A stretch of 64,000 nucleotides of DNA from NCBI RefSeq assembly GCF_964204865.1, contig NC_135260.1, positions 5,518,001-5,582,000 of the forward strand, given 5' to 3'. Positions 26,803 through 41,535 of this stretch are shown piece after piece (within the stretch, counting starts at the first letter, position 1; every line of letters begins with the position of its first letter). Source of the stretch: Styela clava (lineage: Eukaryota). Below the pieces are notes generated by a model. It worked only from the letters and a program-made list of their open reading frames with translations. It ran no database searches and was not told the origin of the DNA. The translations under genes were made by a program, and so were the position numbers.

Positions 26803-29800
26803 ATGAAAGCATTACCTGTGATCAATAAGGCATTATTCTGGATTCTATTATTTTGTAAGTATTTTTTATTAAATATTTTGAATCTTTTTCCAATATTTTA
26901 CTCTGGGATCAACTGAGAAGTATCGTCAACAATGATGATGATTCATTACGACTTCTGCTTGAAATTATTGTATAAAAAAACTTGGGGTTAACGACAACAC
27001 AACTTTCATTCTATAGTTCAGTACTAGTTACAGTACTTCGATCAGGAATCATTCTTTTTAATTTCTGAAAATGTTTTTTATGATCTTGCTTTGAGCAAAT
27101 GTACCACTTCAAAAAATTATAAAAGAAAACTTTGAAATAAATATAAACACCAATCATATTAAAGTGTTTTCAGGCAAATTTATTTATTTAAAGGTTATGG
27201 CACAAATTACAGTGTTTCAGCACCATGCACTAGTTGCCCAAAAGTGATACTTGCAACAGAGAGCGAGAGTTTGGCATATTATGGACCAAATAATGAGTAC
27301 AGCTGCAACTGTGATTGGACAATACCAACAAGTATGCAGACGGATCATGATACTGCAGTTGTTCTGTTGTTACAAAATGTTACATTGCCGATGACAACTG
27401 ATACTGAAAGTACAGAAGATTGTTCCGGAAAAATCAGATTCCCAAGTAAGTGTTGAGCTGATGAAAATATGAATGCATAAATAAAAACAAAAGTATTATC
27501 GTATGGTTGGGAACTCATGAACTAGAACCATGTGCAAACAAAGTTTTGATATTTTCTGGAAGGTTGTCGAAAGTCAGACACCAAAATAATAGCTTTTACC
27601 AAGAAACAGGTGCAATCTTATAAACCTATCATGAGAGAATTACAAAAATTAATTGTTTTCGCATATACGGTAATTGAAGTTTTAATCATTTAATTTGAAG
27701 TTTCAATCATTAAGAAATCAACCCAATTTGTCCATTAAATTTAGTCGCAGAGTAAGTCAGACTTATGACTCAACTATCAATTATTGACAGAACAGAGCAT
27801 CTCTCCTGTATTCAGCATTAACTATATACTATGTTCAGGCACAACGACACACAAATGTGAATTTCCAAGCAACTACTGTCTTGCATTAGCAACTGCATCA
27901 ACCATTTGCAACATCAACAAAATCAGAGAGAAAATTCCAGTTGCAAATCACACGTGTGAATCAATCATTCCATGGAATAAAGAAGGGGAAGGCCCATACA
28001 AGATACAATATTACGCAAAAAACGTTGCTGGTTACACAAAACAATTCACACTACAATATCTTGTAATAGATTGCAGATTTTCAACAACTACACCAGAAGC
28101 AAGTTAGTCATATACATTTCAGATAACTACTAAATAAATGTTCAGTCCTTAAATCGAAAAAATAAAATGTTCATTAAAAAAAGACATAACTCAAAAGTAG
28201 ATAATATTAATACGCTTGACCTGACGTTGTTCTGGAAATGGTAGATTTTGTGAAATGGGTACTAAAACTAGTAATTGTGAGATATTGTAATGCAATGGTT
28301 CCCGAACTTCTATATCTCGTGTACCCATTCCGGAGGCTTCAGCATTCATGGCCATCATGATTATCATTCCAGTGGTATTCATAGTGTTAGTTGATTGGTA
28401 GATCTGAATCCCATTATGTTCAAACAATTCATGCTCAATAATGAGAAAGAAAACACAGTGTGAAATAACCTTATCAAGCAATGAAACTAGGAAGAACAAG
28501 AGTTTTCAAGCAAAAATAAAATCAGTTTTGCTCCTGGCATAGTGGCCCCCCTGCAACTGCTCTGTGGCCACTTTGGTGGGCCACGGGACCCCAGTCGGGA
28601 CTACTGTAATAATGGATATGATGGATATATTTGTATTCAGTTTGGAATATTAAAAATATTTCATGTAAATAAATAGATCCCAACAAAATGTAGAGGAAAA
28701 AGCACTTCACATTTAGCTTATCCCACTTTCATATGTTGTGGTGTTAGGCCTTTGAATAAATTATGCTATCTTGAGTTGAATGATATTGACTCTATATTTT
28801 AAATCCACAGAAATAATTTATAGTTGCTGGACTCTAATATTACAAAAATCATTAAGGATTCATTGTATTGACTTTTATAAGTAACAAACAAATAATGTCC
28901 CCAAAATGTACTTATAAAATATATTTTGACATTGAAATTTAATTTGTAAAGAGATAAAGTATAGCTATTGTATGTTCTTTATAGACATGAAAAATCAATA
29001 AAAAAATAAAAAAAACAAACTCGGCATGCTGTGATACCAAAAAATATTTTAAAACCTACAATTCCTAGAGACAACAACATATGATGAGGAGACAGCTAGA
29101 GGTAATTCAACATCAATGAATCTGTCACTATCTACAGATATATATAATGAGACAACCATGAGAGGAAGTGATATCAACAACAACAACAAAAGCAACACTG
29201 ATGGTAAGCTATAGTAAAGACTTAAATATGCTTTAAAAGTCAGCAATCATGATTGGCCAAATAGAATAGACTCTCTAGTTTAAATGTTTTAGCAATTCTA
29301 TAAGAAATGAATATATTAATATTTGATTTTAAAAAGAATTTCTACCAGTCAGATTTCATCAAAAAGTGATAACCCAGAGCAAATTCTTTCCTCAACAGCA
29401 ATTATCATCATCGCAGTTTCTGCATCAGGATTTCTCATTATACTCATGTCTGTGATAATGATTAAAAGGTAAAGTGAAGTTTTTTGATTGTCTCATGAAT
29501 CAAAATTTTTATAAATCTTATACCAGAATAGGTCTTGTAGCTACATTGAGAAGTATTGTAATGAATCTGTTGGGAATATACCGGTACTAATATTTGGAAA
29601 TTTACTTGGCAGTAAATGTGGATATAAAAAATAATTACTGGTACTATTAGCATGCGGGTTTGCAAAATTTAGGCCCAAAACAATATTACAGTCAAGATAG
29701 CATAATTTCCTGTATGGCGCATATGCTTGAAACTTTGAGAAGGCTACTATAAAATTAAAACTATCAGTAGAGGTTGCGCGAGACTAACTTCCAATTCTTT

Positions 29801-30734
29801 CTCGATACCTTTGCGCTAGTGGATCCGTGTGCGTATAATTCAAGGATGCTGTAGCTGGAATAAAAATACCATACTATCACACAAAAGTATTTCTGTAAGG
29901 TTTCATCTGACCAAAATCAGACTTTCTCAGACACCAGTTAACAACAATAATATTGTTGTAAACTGCTTGTCTGAGGAAGTCTGATACATTTGTGTTAGTG
30001 TGCAGCAGGATTTTGAATTGCATAGTATAAAATTAAAACCACCGTTATATTTCAATCTTCAATCTGGGACAGGAATTTTGACACTAAAATTTTAATTGGC
30101 CATTTTTTTTCATGTATTTAGAAGGTCACCTGCAGTCACTTGAAAGTAATAAACTTACCTAAAAATGAATCAGTAGCTTTATACGTTAGGTTACAAAATT
30201 ATGTTTATATGCCGTTTTTCACTCTACTTCCCCTTCCACTCCAAACAAGGTTCTGTGTAGGCAGCCACTGGTATGCAAGGAGCTTCTATATTTTGAAATA
30301 ACCAAAATCTTTGGGATCAGGCATTGCTTGTGCAATTTCTTACATCCTTTATGTTTGTTTTGAAAATTTTAGCCACAGAGGTGCTTTTTTACAACAGATA
30401 CTGCATAAGTAGCGACAAAAAGGTTTCCAAAATCATGGAGCAAGATAATGGACTTGAAGAAAGATCGGAGAAAGAAATTGTTGAGAATGCCATCTATGGA
30501 ACATCACTCAATAATCAACAAGGACCAGAAACAATCATCAATGAAATATACGACACAACTCCAGATATGAATGACGAAACAACAAAGACAGATGAGCCAT
30601 GTTTATATGCAGTCGTTCAGAAGAAAGAAAAAACAGAAGACAAGAATGTGGTGACTGAGGGTAACGATGACATTGTCACAGTTGAAGATGAATCATCGAG
30701 CATATATGCAGTGGTGAACAAAGATAAAAAATAA
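26803..30734 (+). CDS. Receptor copy R2 with mutated acceptor of the TM exon
   Basis: Exons 26803-26854, 27194-27445, 27839-28102, 29069-29203, (29336)-29468, 30398-30734. The acceptor homologous to R4 GAAAG|GAATTT reads AAAAA|GAATTT (AG>AA at 29334-29335). Otherwise intact. Confidence 0.78.
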
Positions 30735-31663
30735 TTTACTATTCTTCAAGTAAAGACAAATTTGACATTATTAACTTATATATCTAACTTTTGTGACTAT
30801 ATTCATTGGCTCTTTCATGAGCATGACAGCCTAGTGACTGGTGTTCAGGCTTATAAAGTTGAATATTTAAGTATAAGAGATGAACATCAACCAACTAATC
30901 AATTCCAGTATTAGTCGATTTTAAGAGTGCCTTATAAGGTGATTTTTGTATGAATAACCTCTGAAAAAAGCACAAAAAAATGTTTCATGAAACAATGATG
31001 CTATACGATAAATTTTATGTTTAGCTTCATATGAAAGAGCTATACAAAGCAAAGGTTACATTATTAATATTCACAAATTTATGTTTGATTGTTCAATTCA
31101 GATTGGCTTTTTCATTCTATTTTTTATTTTACCTTTTATGTATTATCATTTCTTATTTATTGATTACTTTCCAGTGGATACTAATAAATGATTGCAATAA
31201 ATCAGACCAAGTAATTAATTCAAAAAACCAAATCAATTTGAAGGCCATAAGTGATTTAGAAACAGACACTTGACAACCTATTTTCAATCTAAATCCCTGA
31301 GGAAGATTTGGTCAGTAAAAAGGCCCCATAATCGTAATTAGAACCCTCGCAAACAATAATTCACTTAACTAATGAAAACAGTGTTGAAATAACACTGCTA
31401 AGGTAAATTGTACGTCTATTTGAGCCAGGATGTACAGACTACAGACTGTGATTATTTTGCGCCCACGTTTTATCCAAAGACAATGACGTAAATGCTCACG
31501 ATGCTGTGAACGGATACAAAAGCACTGGAAGAGATTGGAATCTCCAGTTTGTCAGTGGCAGAGCACTGAGATGCAGCAGATTTTTTTCAAAGAATCAAAT
31601 TATTCGAACTAGTTGGAACTTCAAAAGGATTTTGATAAGTAATTGTTGTGTTTAACACTGAAA

Positions 31664-34600
31664 ATGGAAATAAAAAAATTACCTGTGCTCGATAAAGTTT
31701 TATTTTGGATATTATTATTCTGTAAGTATTTTTAACTCAATATTTCAAATTTTTTATACAAAATTTACTCTGGGATTAAGTAAGAAGTATTGTCAATAAT
31801 GATGGTTCATTACTACTGCTTGAAATTATTGTATAAAAGAACTTGTGATTACTGACAACACAACTTAAACCTATAGTTTAGTACTATAAATAATTTTAAT
31901 TAGAATTCAATTATGCAATAATCAATTTTATTTCTTAATAGAGCTCCTAGCTTTGCTCAGGGATAATTTTTTTTAATTTTCGAGTGAGTTTTTCGTGATC
32001 TTGCTTTGAGCAAATATTCTTAAAAAAATTAAACAAGAAATGTAAATTAACATCAATGATACTGAAGTGTTTTCAGGCAAACATACATGTATTCACGGGT
32101 TGTGGAACAAATGATAGTGAAGCAGTAAAATGCACTGCTTGATGCACTTTGAGCAAATATTCTTAAAAAAATTAAACAAGAAATGTAAATTAACATTAAT
32201 GATACTGAAGTGTTTTCAGGCAAACATACATGTATTCACGGGTTGTGGAACAAATGATAGTGAAGCAGTAAAATGCACTGCTCGCCTAAATGCAATACAA
32301 AATCCTGTAATAAAATAGAGAGAATGAAAATATCTTACTTATAAGGGCATGTTTGGCAATATATGCCTGTAAGAAAATTTGAGGATTTTTAAATGGTATT
32401 GTAAATGTTTTTATAGCACTCAGCTTCAATCTGAATAAAGCAGGACGATGCACTGATTGTCCAACTACAAAACTTAGAACAGAGAGCAAGAATATCACAT
32501 ATGAACTAAGTATTGGATATAACTGTCAGTGTGATTGGACAATACCAAAAAGTATGGACGCAGTTCATGAAACTGCAGTTGTTCTGTTGTTACAGAACGT
32601 TTCACTGCCAATAGAGACCACAAGTAGCAGTTCAGAAGAATGTTCTGGAGAAATCAGATTCCCCAGTAAGTTTTACTTGAGTTTGTCTTCATCAAGGTTC
32701 TTGAATACTTGGAATAGTTTCAACATTCTAGATAAAGCATCTATCGGCACAATAGAATAAAAGATAAGTAGGTGACCCTAAAGAAACCAGATTGATATCA
32801 CGTGTTATCCTAAGGAAAGACACACAAGACCAAAGCAAAGCATTGATAAAGTATCTTTCATACCACTTCTGAAGTAATTGGCACCAAAAGCATTCAATAG
32901 AAACATTAGCTTCTGCTTCGGCAAGAGTAGAATAAATAAAATTATTTGTTCTCAAAAAATAATACTCGTCAAATTGTTCAAGTTTCAACAATCACTTTGC
33001 AACTAAATCCCGTTACAACCTCGTACCCAGATAAGTTAGTGACTTAATTACCATTTACTCACTATTGTAAGGCAATTGTAAAGTTGTCAAACCCATACAT
33101 ATTTACGTATTTTAAAATATTTATATATACTCATTGCAGGCACTAGCGAATACAAATGTGAATTTCCAAGCAACTTCTGTCTTGCATTTGCAACTGCACC
33201 AAGCATTTGCAACATCAACAAAATCAGAGAAAAAATTCCAGTTGCAAATCACACCTGTGATTCAATCATTCCATGGAATAAAGCTGGAGAAAGCCCATAC
33301 AAGATACAATACAATGCAAGAAATGTTGCTGGTTACACAAAATATTTCACAGTACAATACCTTGTGATAGATTGCAGATCTCCAACAACTACACCAGCAG
33401 CAAGTGAGCCATATACACTTCAGATGGCTACTAAATTAATGTTAATTCCTTAAATTGACACAAATAAAAAATGTTTAATAAAATAGGACTAACCGGAATT
33501 TAATAGGTGATAATATTAATAGGGTTGACCTGGCTTTGTTATGGAATTGGTAGATTTTATGGAATATGTGAGTAAACAAATTTTGAGATGTTATAACGGA
33601 TATAACAGGCCTATATTTGTATTGCATTTAGAATATTAAAAATATTTCATATAAATATTCTGTTGAATAGTTCATAAAAAACTGTAGGAGTAAAGGCACT
33701 TTAGCTTATCCAGCATTCATATGTTGTGGTGAGGTGCAGGAGCTTTGGATACATCATGTTATCTTGGGACTGGATTGATATTGACTCCAATTTTTTTATC
33801 CACAGGAATAATTTTAATTTTTCAAGACTTTTAAAAGAAACAAACACATAATGTTTCCCAATATGTACTTATCATAATTTCCTTTTGACACTGGAATTCA
33901 ATTTGTGAGGAAGTACGGCTATTGTATGTTCTTTAAAAACATGGAATATTATTCAATAAATTAAAAGAACAAATCCAGCATACTGCGATCTCGAAAAATA
34001 TTTTAAAACGCATAATTCTTAGAGACAACAACATATATTGAGGAGACAGCTAGAGGTAATTCAACAAGAATAAATCTGTCACTATCTACAGATATATATA
34101 TTGAGACAACCATGAGAGGAGATTACATCAGCAACAAAAGCAACACCGATAGTAAGCTATAGTGAAGACTTAAAATAATTAACCTAGTCAGGGCGCATGG
34201 TTGAATTAAGACTTGAAAAAGTAGAACAAAGTATCTTTAGTTTTAATGTTTTAAGAATTCTTTAATGGAACGCTCATGATGTATTGTATCACACAACTCC
34301 AGGGTGGTCGTTAGAAAAACAGAATTTGTCAAACAGCTGTTTGTTTTTACAAAGATTAACTATTACAAAGTTTATATGTTATGGCATATGTTATATTACA
34401 TTAATAGATGCTCAAAATGTCGCCCAGGCACTTTGGATAAGTGTCTTAATTCAAAGTCTAGGCTCGTGTAGCGTTTTGAAGGTTTATTTGTGGGATATCG
34501 TTTCAATTCTACCTATATCTTCATCTGAATTCCAAATTTTGGAATTTATGAAATTTTTTTCAGCATCCACCCTATTTTAATTTTAAAAGGAAATTCCACC

Positions 34601-35619
34601 AGTCAGATTTCATCAACAAGTGCTAAGAACCAAGAGCAAATTTTCACTCCAACAACGATCATCATCATTGCTGCTTCTGCATTGGGATTGCTCATTATAT
34701 TGATATCTTGGCTATTGATTAAAAGGTACTGTGGATTTTTTTTGATTATACCATGATTTGAAATTTTCATAAATCTTATAAAGGAATAATCTTTAGTATA
34801 GGGTAGTTACATTTGAAACATATTATAATTAATGTGTTAGGAATATGCGTAATGAGTGAAATGCTATTATCAAGTGTCAAGGATAAAAACTAAAAAAAAA
34901 GGCTAATAAAATTCACAAATATCGATATCTTACATTCTGGAAACGAAAGGGTATCGCAAATATGGGCTATATTTTTATATAAGTTTTTAGAAGGCTACCA
35001 GCACTCGACCAAGAGTGAGGAAACTTATTTAAAGATGAATATGTTAAAAAAGTATTATTATACAACATTTTCACATCTTTGTTGCAGAAGTAATTTTATA
35101 CAGCGTTTTTGTGACTGTTGTTCTAAGCAAGGCTCTATAAAATCAGTCACTGATTTGTGAGGAAATGCTACATTTAAAAAAAAACTAGAATCTTCCGATT
35201 CGTCATCGCCTATCCAAATTCTTACATCCTGCATGTACATTTTTTTGAAAGATTTAGCCACAGAGAAGCTTTTTTACAACAGATACTGCCAGAGTGACGA
35301 CAAGAAGATTTCCAATACCATAGAGCAAGAAAATAGACTTGAAGAAAGATCCGAGAAAGAAATTGTTGAGAACGCCATCTATGGAACATCACTCAATGAT
35401 CAACAAGGACCAGAAACAATCATCAATGAAATATACGACACAACTCCAGATACTAATGACGAAACGACGAAGACAGATGATCCATGTTTATATGCAGTCG
35501 TTCAGAAGAAAGAAAAAACAGAAGACAAGAATGTGGTGACTGAGGGTAACGATGACATTGTCACCCTTGAAGATGAATCATCAAGCATATATGCAGTGGT
35601 GAACAAAGATAAGAAATAA
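31664..35619 (+). CDS. Receptor copy R3 (chimeric exon 2), ITIM-bearing, ~390 aa
   Basis: Exons 31664-31721, 32417-32665, 33140-33403, 34023-34151, 34590-34725, 35283-35619. GT-AG, 1173 nt open. Confidence 0.85.
32004..32282 (+). repeat. Tandem duplication (period 143 bp) of a dead exon-2 5' fragment in R3 intron 1
   Basis: 32004-32139 and 32147-32282 are near-identical. Both contain CACGG|GTTGTGGAACAAAT..., the R1/R4/R5-type exon-2 start with its AG acceptor changed to GG, truncated after the first ectodomain Cys codon. Confidence 0.85.
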
Positions 35620-36587
35620 TATACTATGATTTGAATAGAGACAAATTTGACTTTAACAACTAACTTTTTTGACTATATTCATTGGTTCTTTCTTGAGCAT
35701 GAGAGCCTAGTGATTAGTGTTTAGGCTTAGCTTATAAAGTTGAATATCTCAGTATAAGAGATGAACATCAACCCACTAATTAATTCAAGTATTAGGTTGA
35801 AGAATGCAGATAAAGAGTGATTTCTGTATGAATAACCTCTAAAAAGAGCAATCACAAAAAAAATGTTTTATGAAATAATGATGCTATTCGAAAAATTTAT
35901 GCTCAGCCTCATTAAAAGAGCTATACAAAGCAACGGTTACATTATCAATATTCACAAATTTATGTTTGATTGTTCAATTCCGAATGGCTTTTTCATTCTA
36001 TTTTCTATTTTCCCTTTTACATATTATCATTTCTAATTTTTTGACTACTTTGCAGTGGATACTAATAAATGATTGCACTAAATCAGACAAGGTAGTTAAT
36101 TTAAAAAAACAAGTCAATTAGAAGGTCATGAGTGATCTAGAAACAGACCCTTGGCAACCTATTTTCAATCTAAATCCCTGAGGAAGATTGGTCAGTAAAA
36201 AGACACAATATTGTAATTAGGATCATGGCAAACAATAATTCACAGAACTCATGAAAGCAGTGTTGAAATAACACTGCTAAGGTAAATTGTACATACCGGT
36301 AGGTTCTAGCCAGGATGTACAGGTTGTGATTATTTCGCGCCCACGTTTTATGTTATAGAGAAATCTCATATAGAAACGTAACACGCTTTAATCGAAAGAC
36401 AATGACGTAAATGCTCACCATGCTGTGAACATATAAAAAGCACTGGAAGAGATTGGAATCTTCAGTTTGCCCTTGGGAGAGCACTGAGATGCAGCAGGTT
36501 TTTTTCAAAGAATCAAAGTATTCGAACTATTAAAGACTTTGATTTGAAAAAGATTTTGATAAGTCATTGTTGTGTTCAACACTGGAA

Positions 36588-39500
36588 ATGAAAGAATTAC
36601 CTGTAATCAATAAAATTTTATTCTGGATTCTATTATTTTGTAAGTATTTTCAATTCAATATTCTGAATTTTCTGTACAAAATTTTACTCTGGGATCAAGT
36701 GAGAATTATTGTCAACAGTGATGGTTCATTACGACTTATCCTTGAAATGTTTGTAAAAATAACTTGGGGTTACTGACAACACAACATTAACCTATAGTTT
36801 TATACTACTATATCTAATTAAAATTAAAATTCAACTGTGAAATAATTGATTCTATTTTTTAGAGTCAATAGTTCTTGGTATTTTGATGGCTGTATGTGAG
36901 TTTTTCTGATCTTGCTTTGAGCAAATATATTTCAATAAAATTATAATCAATGATACTGACGTGTTTTCAGGCAAGCATATTTATTTACAGGTTGTGGCAC
37001 AAATTATAGCGAAGCAGCACAATGCACTGATTGCCAAAATACAATACTTGGAACAGTGAGCAAGAAAATCACATATGGACCAAGTGATCAATACAATTGC
37101 TGGTGTGAATGGATAATACCAACAAGTGTTGACACAGACCATGAAACTGCAGTTGTTCTGTTGTTACAAAACTATTTATTGCCAATGTCGACTGCTAGTG
37201 GAAGTAGAGACTGCTCTGGAGAAATCAAATTTCCAAGTGAGTGCTGTTAAGCTGATAAAAATATGAATCGTGTTCACCAGAGGTGTGCAAACTGTGGCCC
37301 GTGGGCCAAATACGGCCCACGAGGAAAAATTTTGCGGCCTTCGGAGAAGTGCCTGTTTTATATGGTGTGCCCGCTAAACAACTTTTAGTTAAGTTAATCT
37401 GGTACGTGCTAGCAATTCCGATCTCTTTGCGTTGCAAAGCCTATATCAGATTACTAGTACCTGGGTGCCACTGTCATATTAGTGAAACTAGCGAGCAAAA
37501 TCCTGTTACAAAATACACAATGATATAAAAACGTGTTCCTCATTGAATTCATTTAAAGTCGGTGTGACGATAAATTTGAATAGCAGTTTTTTTTTTTAAA
37601 TTTATGCGTTTTAACTCACCATTTCTGTAGGGCCAATAACAGTGCCGTAAGATCAAGAATGAAAAGGACTTTTTTCGTGCTGGCAACTACTAGAAAGGCT
37701 ATCCTAAATAAAGGTGCGATCCGCAGCTTTACCCAATTACTTGTATTTTGCCCTCCTGTAGTAAAGGCTGTACACCCCTGGTGGAACAGAAAAGCCAATA
37801 AGACAGCTTAAACATAAGGCATACCAATTACCTGTCCATGTCGGGTATTGGATTAGTTAGCCAGTTATTTGTTTTGGTGCCATACCACGGAATTAGGCCA
37901 CCGAATAAATTCAAAACCCAACTGAGTAACTAGAATAAAACCAGTGATTGAGTGAACAAAGCCTCTCTCAAGTTGTGAAGTATCCTACGTGTTCAGCAAT
38001 AACAAGATATTTTATACAGGCACTGATGGATACAAATGTGACTTTCCAAGCAACTACTGCCTTGCATTCGCAACTGCATCAACCATCTGCAACATCAGCA
38101 AAATCAGAGCGGATATTCCAGTTGCAAATCACACCTGTAATTCAATCATTCCATGGAATAGAGCTGGAGGAATCCCATACAAGATAAGATATAATGCAAA
38201 AAATTCTGCTGGTGACACAAAATACTTCACAATACAATATTTTGTAGTAGATTGCAGACCTTCAACAAGTACAACAGAAGCAAGTGAGCAATACACATTT
38301 AGATATATACAAAATAAACATTCAGTCAGTGAATCTAGGAAAATAAAAAATGTTCATTAAAATAGGACTTGATTACGCTTGGCATGACGTTGTTTTAGAA
38401 TTTGTGAAGTTGGTGGAACAGGTAGCCAAAACAAATTGTGGGATGTCATAATGGATATAATAGACCTATATTTTGTATTGTGTTTAGTATATCAAAAATG
38501 TTCCGTGTAAATATTCAGGTAAATAGATCATAACAAACTGAAGCAAGGAGAGCTTCACTTTTAGCTTATCCAGCTTTTATTTGCTGAGATGTTGGACCTT
38601 TCAATAAATCATAATATCTAGAGTTTATTGAATTTGACTCTAAATTTTAAATCCACAGAAATAATATTATAGTTGCTGAACTCTGATATTACAAAATTAT
38701 TAAAAGACTTTTATAAGAAACAAACACATTTTTTGTTTCCCAAAATGTACTTATCATAATTATATTTTGACACTGAAATTCAATTTGTAAGAAGAGAAAG
38801 CATGACTAATATATTATGTTCTTTAGACATGAAAAATTAATAAATAAATAAAAGTAGAAATCCGGCATATTGTGATCTCCAAACATATTTTAAAACGCAT
38901 AATTTCCAGAGACGACAACATATAATGAAGAGACAGCTACACATAATTCATCAACAATAAATCTGTCACTATCTACAGATATATATAATGAGGCAACAGT
39001 GGGAAGTAGTGTTATCAACAACAAAAACAACACTGATGGTGAGCTATAGAATAGGATTTGCAAACTTATCCAGAGGGAGAGGAAAGCCGATACAACGGAT
39101 TATTCATATGGTGAACCACAGCTTCTCGTCTGGTTACCAGCCCAAGCCGGTATATGCGATTAGTCAGTCAGTTATTTTATTTTATTTTTTTCGGAAGCAT
39201 GGACTTAATAGTGGAGGAATCCGTGACCGACCAGCGGTAAGATGAACCCCCTTACGGCAGTGAGGAGTCCAGCAATCCTCTTGCACATATTTATTCCCGC
39301 ATGGAATTCGAATCTGCAAACCCAGGCAGGGTAATCAGAAGTGCGGTGGCGAGCGTATTCCTAATGCTCAGCATGATGCGCCACACCGCCGAACAATATT
39401 ACTTACAATATCTTTTAGAAGTCAGGGTACATGAACACTCATGAAATATTGTATTACATGACTATATTAATATTTGATTTTGAAAGGAATTTCCACCAGT

Positions 39501-40565
39501 CGGATTTCATCAACAAGTGCTAACCAAGAGCAAATTTTGACTCCAACAACAATCATCATCATTGCTTCTTCTGCCTCAGGAGTTCTCATTATGTTGATAT
39601 CTGCTCTATTAATTAAAAGGTTAAATGAATTTTTTGATTGTGCGGGGACTGTCTGTGTTAGCCAAGTGATTATACCCCCTGTCCATATCCATAGGTTTCA
39701 GTCCCTTTACACAACTTGGTGTAGAGTGGGCGAACAAAATTAGTTACAGGTATCTCCATATTGGTAAACACACTTCTAGAGTGCTGAAAGTTTTGTAGCT
39801 ACATTGAGAAGTATTAAAATCAATCTTGGGAATATACACATATTTTGACTTTTACATGATAGTGAATAGTAAATAAAAAATTTAAGGAAATACTATCATC
39901 ATGTGAGTTTGCAGTATTTAGGCCTAACAAGAACACAGTCAAGATAGCATAATTTTGTATATGGCGCATACGATTGAAACTTCAAAAAGCCCCGATATAT
40001 TTCAATCTTCAATCTGGGGAAAAATGGTGTCACTAAATTTTAATTGTCTATATTTTCAAGTTTTTAGAAGGTTACCAGCACTCAGCACTCACTCACAAGT
40101 AATGAAACATACTCCAAAATGTATGAATCAGTATTTTATATGTTAGACATTGCGTATCCAATTTCTTACATCCTGGATGTTTGTACATTTTTTTGAAAAT
40201 ATTTAAACACTGATGTTTTTTACAACAGATACTGCCACAGTGACAATACCAGAATTATGAAGGCAAAGGAGCAAGAAACTGGACTTGAAGAAAGATCTGA
40301 GAGAGAAATTGTGGAAAACGCCATCTATGAAACATCACCCAATGATCAACAGGGACCAGAAACAATCATCAATGAAATATACAACATAACTCCGGATACG
40401 AAAGACGAAACAACAAAGACAGATGAACTATGTTTATATGCAGTCGTTCAGAAGAAAGAAAAAACAGAAGACAAGATTGTGGTGACTGAGGGTAACGATG
40501 ACATTGTCACCATTGAAGATGAACCATCAAGCATATACGCAGTTGTGAACAAAGATAAGAAATAA
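36588..40565 (+). CDS. Receptor copy R4, ITIM-bearing, ~386 aa
   Basis: Exons 36588-36639, 36991-37236, 38020-38283, 38910-39038, 39487-39619, 40229-40565. GT-AG, 1161 nt open. Confidence 0.88.
37278..37780. mobile_element. hAT-type MITE in R4 intron 2, related to 14669-15027
   Basis: Ends CAGAGGTGTGCA / TGTACACCCCTG. Shares internal GGGCCAAAT.CGGCCCAC and 3' sequence with 14669-15027. TSD not clear. Confidence 0.65.
39047..39390 (-). mobile_element. tRNA-derived SINE in R4 intron 4
   Basis: Colinear with 2467-2796. Absent from the homologous intron of the other copies. Confidence 0.85.
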
Positions 40566-41535
40566 TTTACTATGCTAAGTAAAGACAAATTTGACTTTAT
40601 TAACTTATATATCTAATTTTTGTGACTTTATTCATTGGCTCGTTGGTGAGCATGACAGTCTAGTGATTGGTGTTCAGGCTTATAAAGTTGAATCTCTGAG
40701 ATAAGTTTGTTTAGTTGGTGAACATCAACCAACTAATAATTCAAGTTTTAGTCGTTTTGAAAAATGCCGTATAGAGTGATTTTCGTATAATAAACCTCTA
40801 AATAGAGCAATCACAAAAAAAAAGTTCTATAAAACGATGATGCTATATGAAAAATTTATGATTAGCCTCGTATGAAAGAGCTATACAAAGCAAAGGGTTA
40901 CATTATTAATATTCACAAATTTATGTTTGATTGTTCAATTCCGAATGGCTTTTTCATTCTATTTTCTATTTTCCCTTTTATATATTATCATTTCTAATAT
41001 TTTGATTAATTTGCAGTGGATACTAATAAACGATTGCACCAAATCAGACAGGGTGATTAATTTAAAAAACCAAGTCAATTAGAAAGTCATGAGTGATCTA
41101 GAAACAGACACTTGGCAACCTATTTTCAATCTAAATCCCTGAGGAAGATTGGTCAGAAAAAAGGCACAATATTGTAATTAAAACCCTGACAAACAATAAT
41201 TCACTGAACTGATAAAAACAGTGTTGAAATAACACTGCTAAGGTAAATTGTATATAGGTTCTAGCCAGGATGTACCGGTTGTGATCTTTTCGCGCCCACG
41301 TTCTATGTTACAAGAGATATATAAATGCAACACGCTTTATCGAAAGACGATGACGTAAATGCTCACCATGCTGTGAACGCATAAAAAAGCACTCGGAGAG
41401 ATTGGAATCTTCAGTTTGTCTATGGAAGAGCACTGAGATGCAGCAGGTTTTTAAAAACCAAAAAACATCAGACTATCGGAACTGGTTGGATTTTGGAAAG
41501 ATTTAAAAAAGTCATTGTTGTGTGTAACACTAGAA

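Noticed and set aside
24512-34580. Duplicated 98-aa ORFs at 24512-24808 and 34284-34580
   Set aside because: Both are intronic (intron 4 of R1 and R3), start at a non-ATG codon, and are identical only because of the recent conversion tract.
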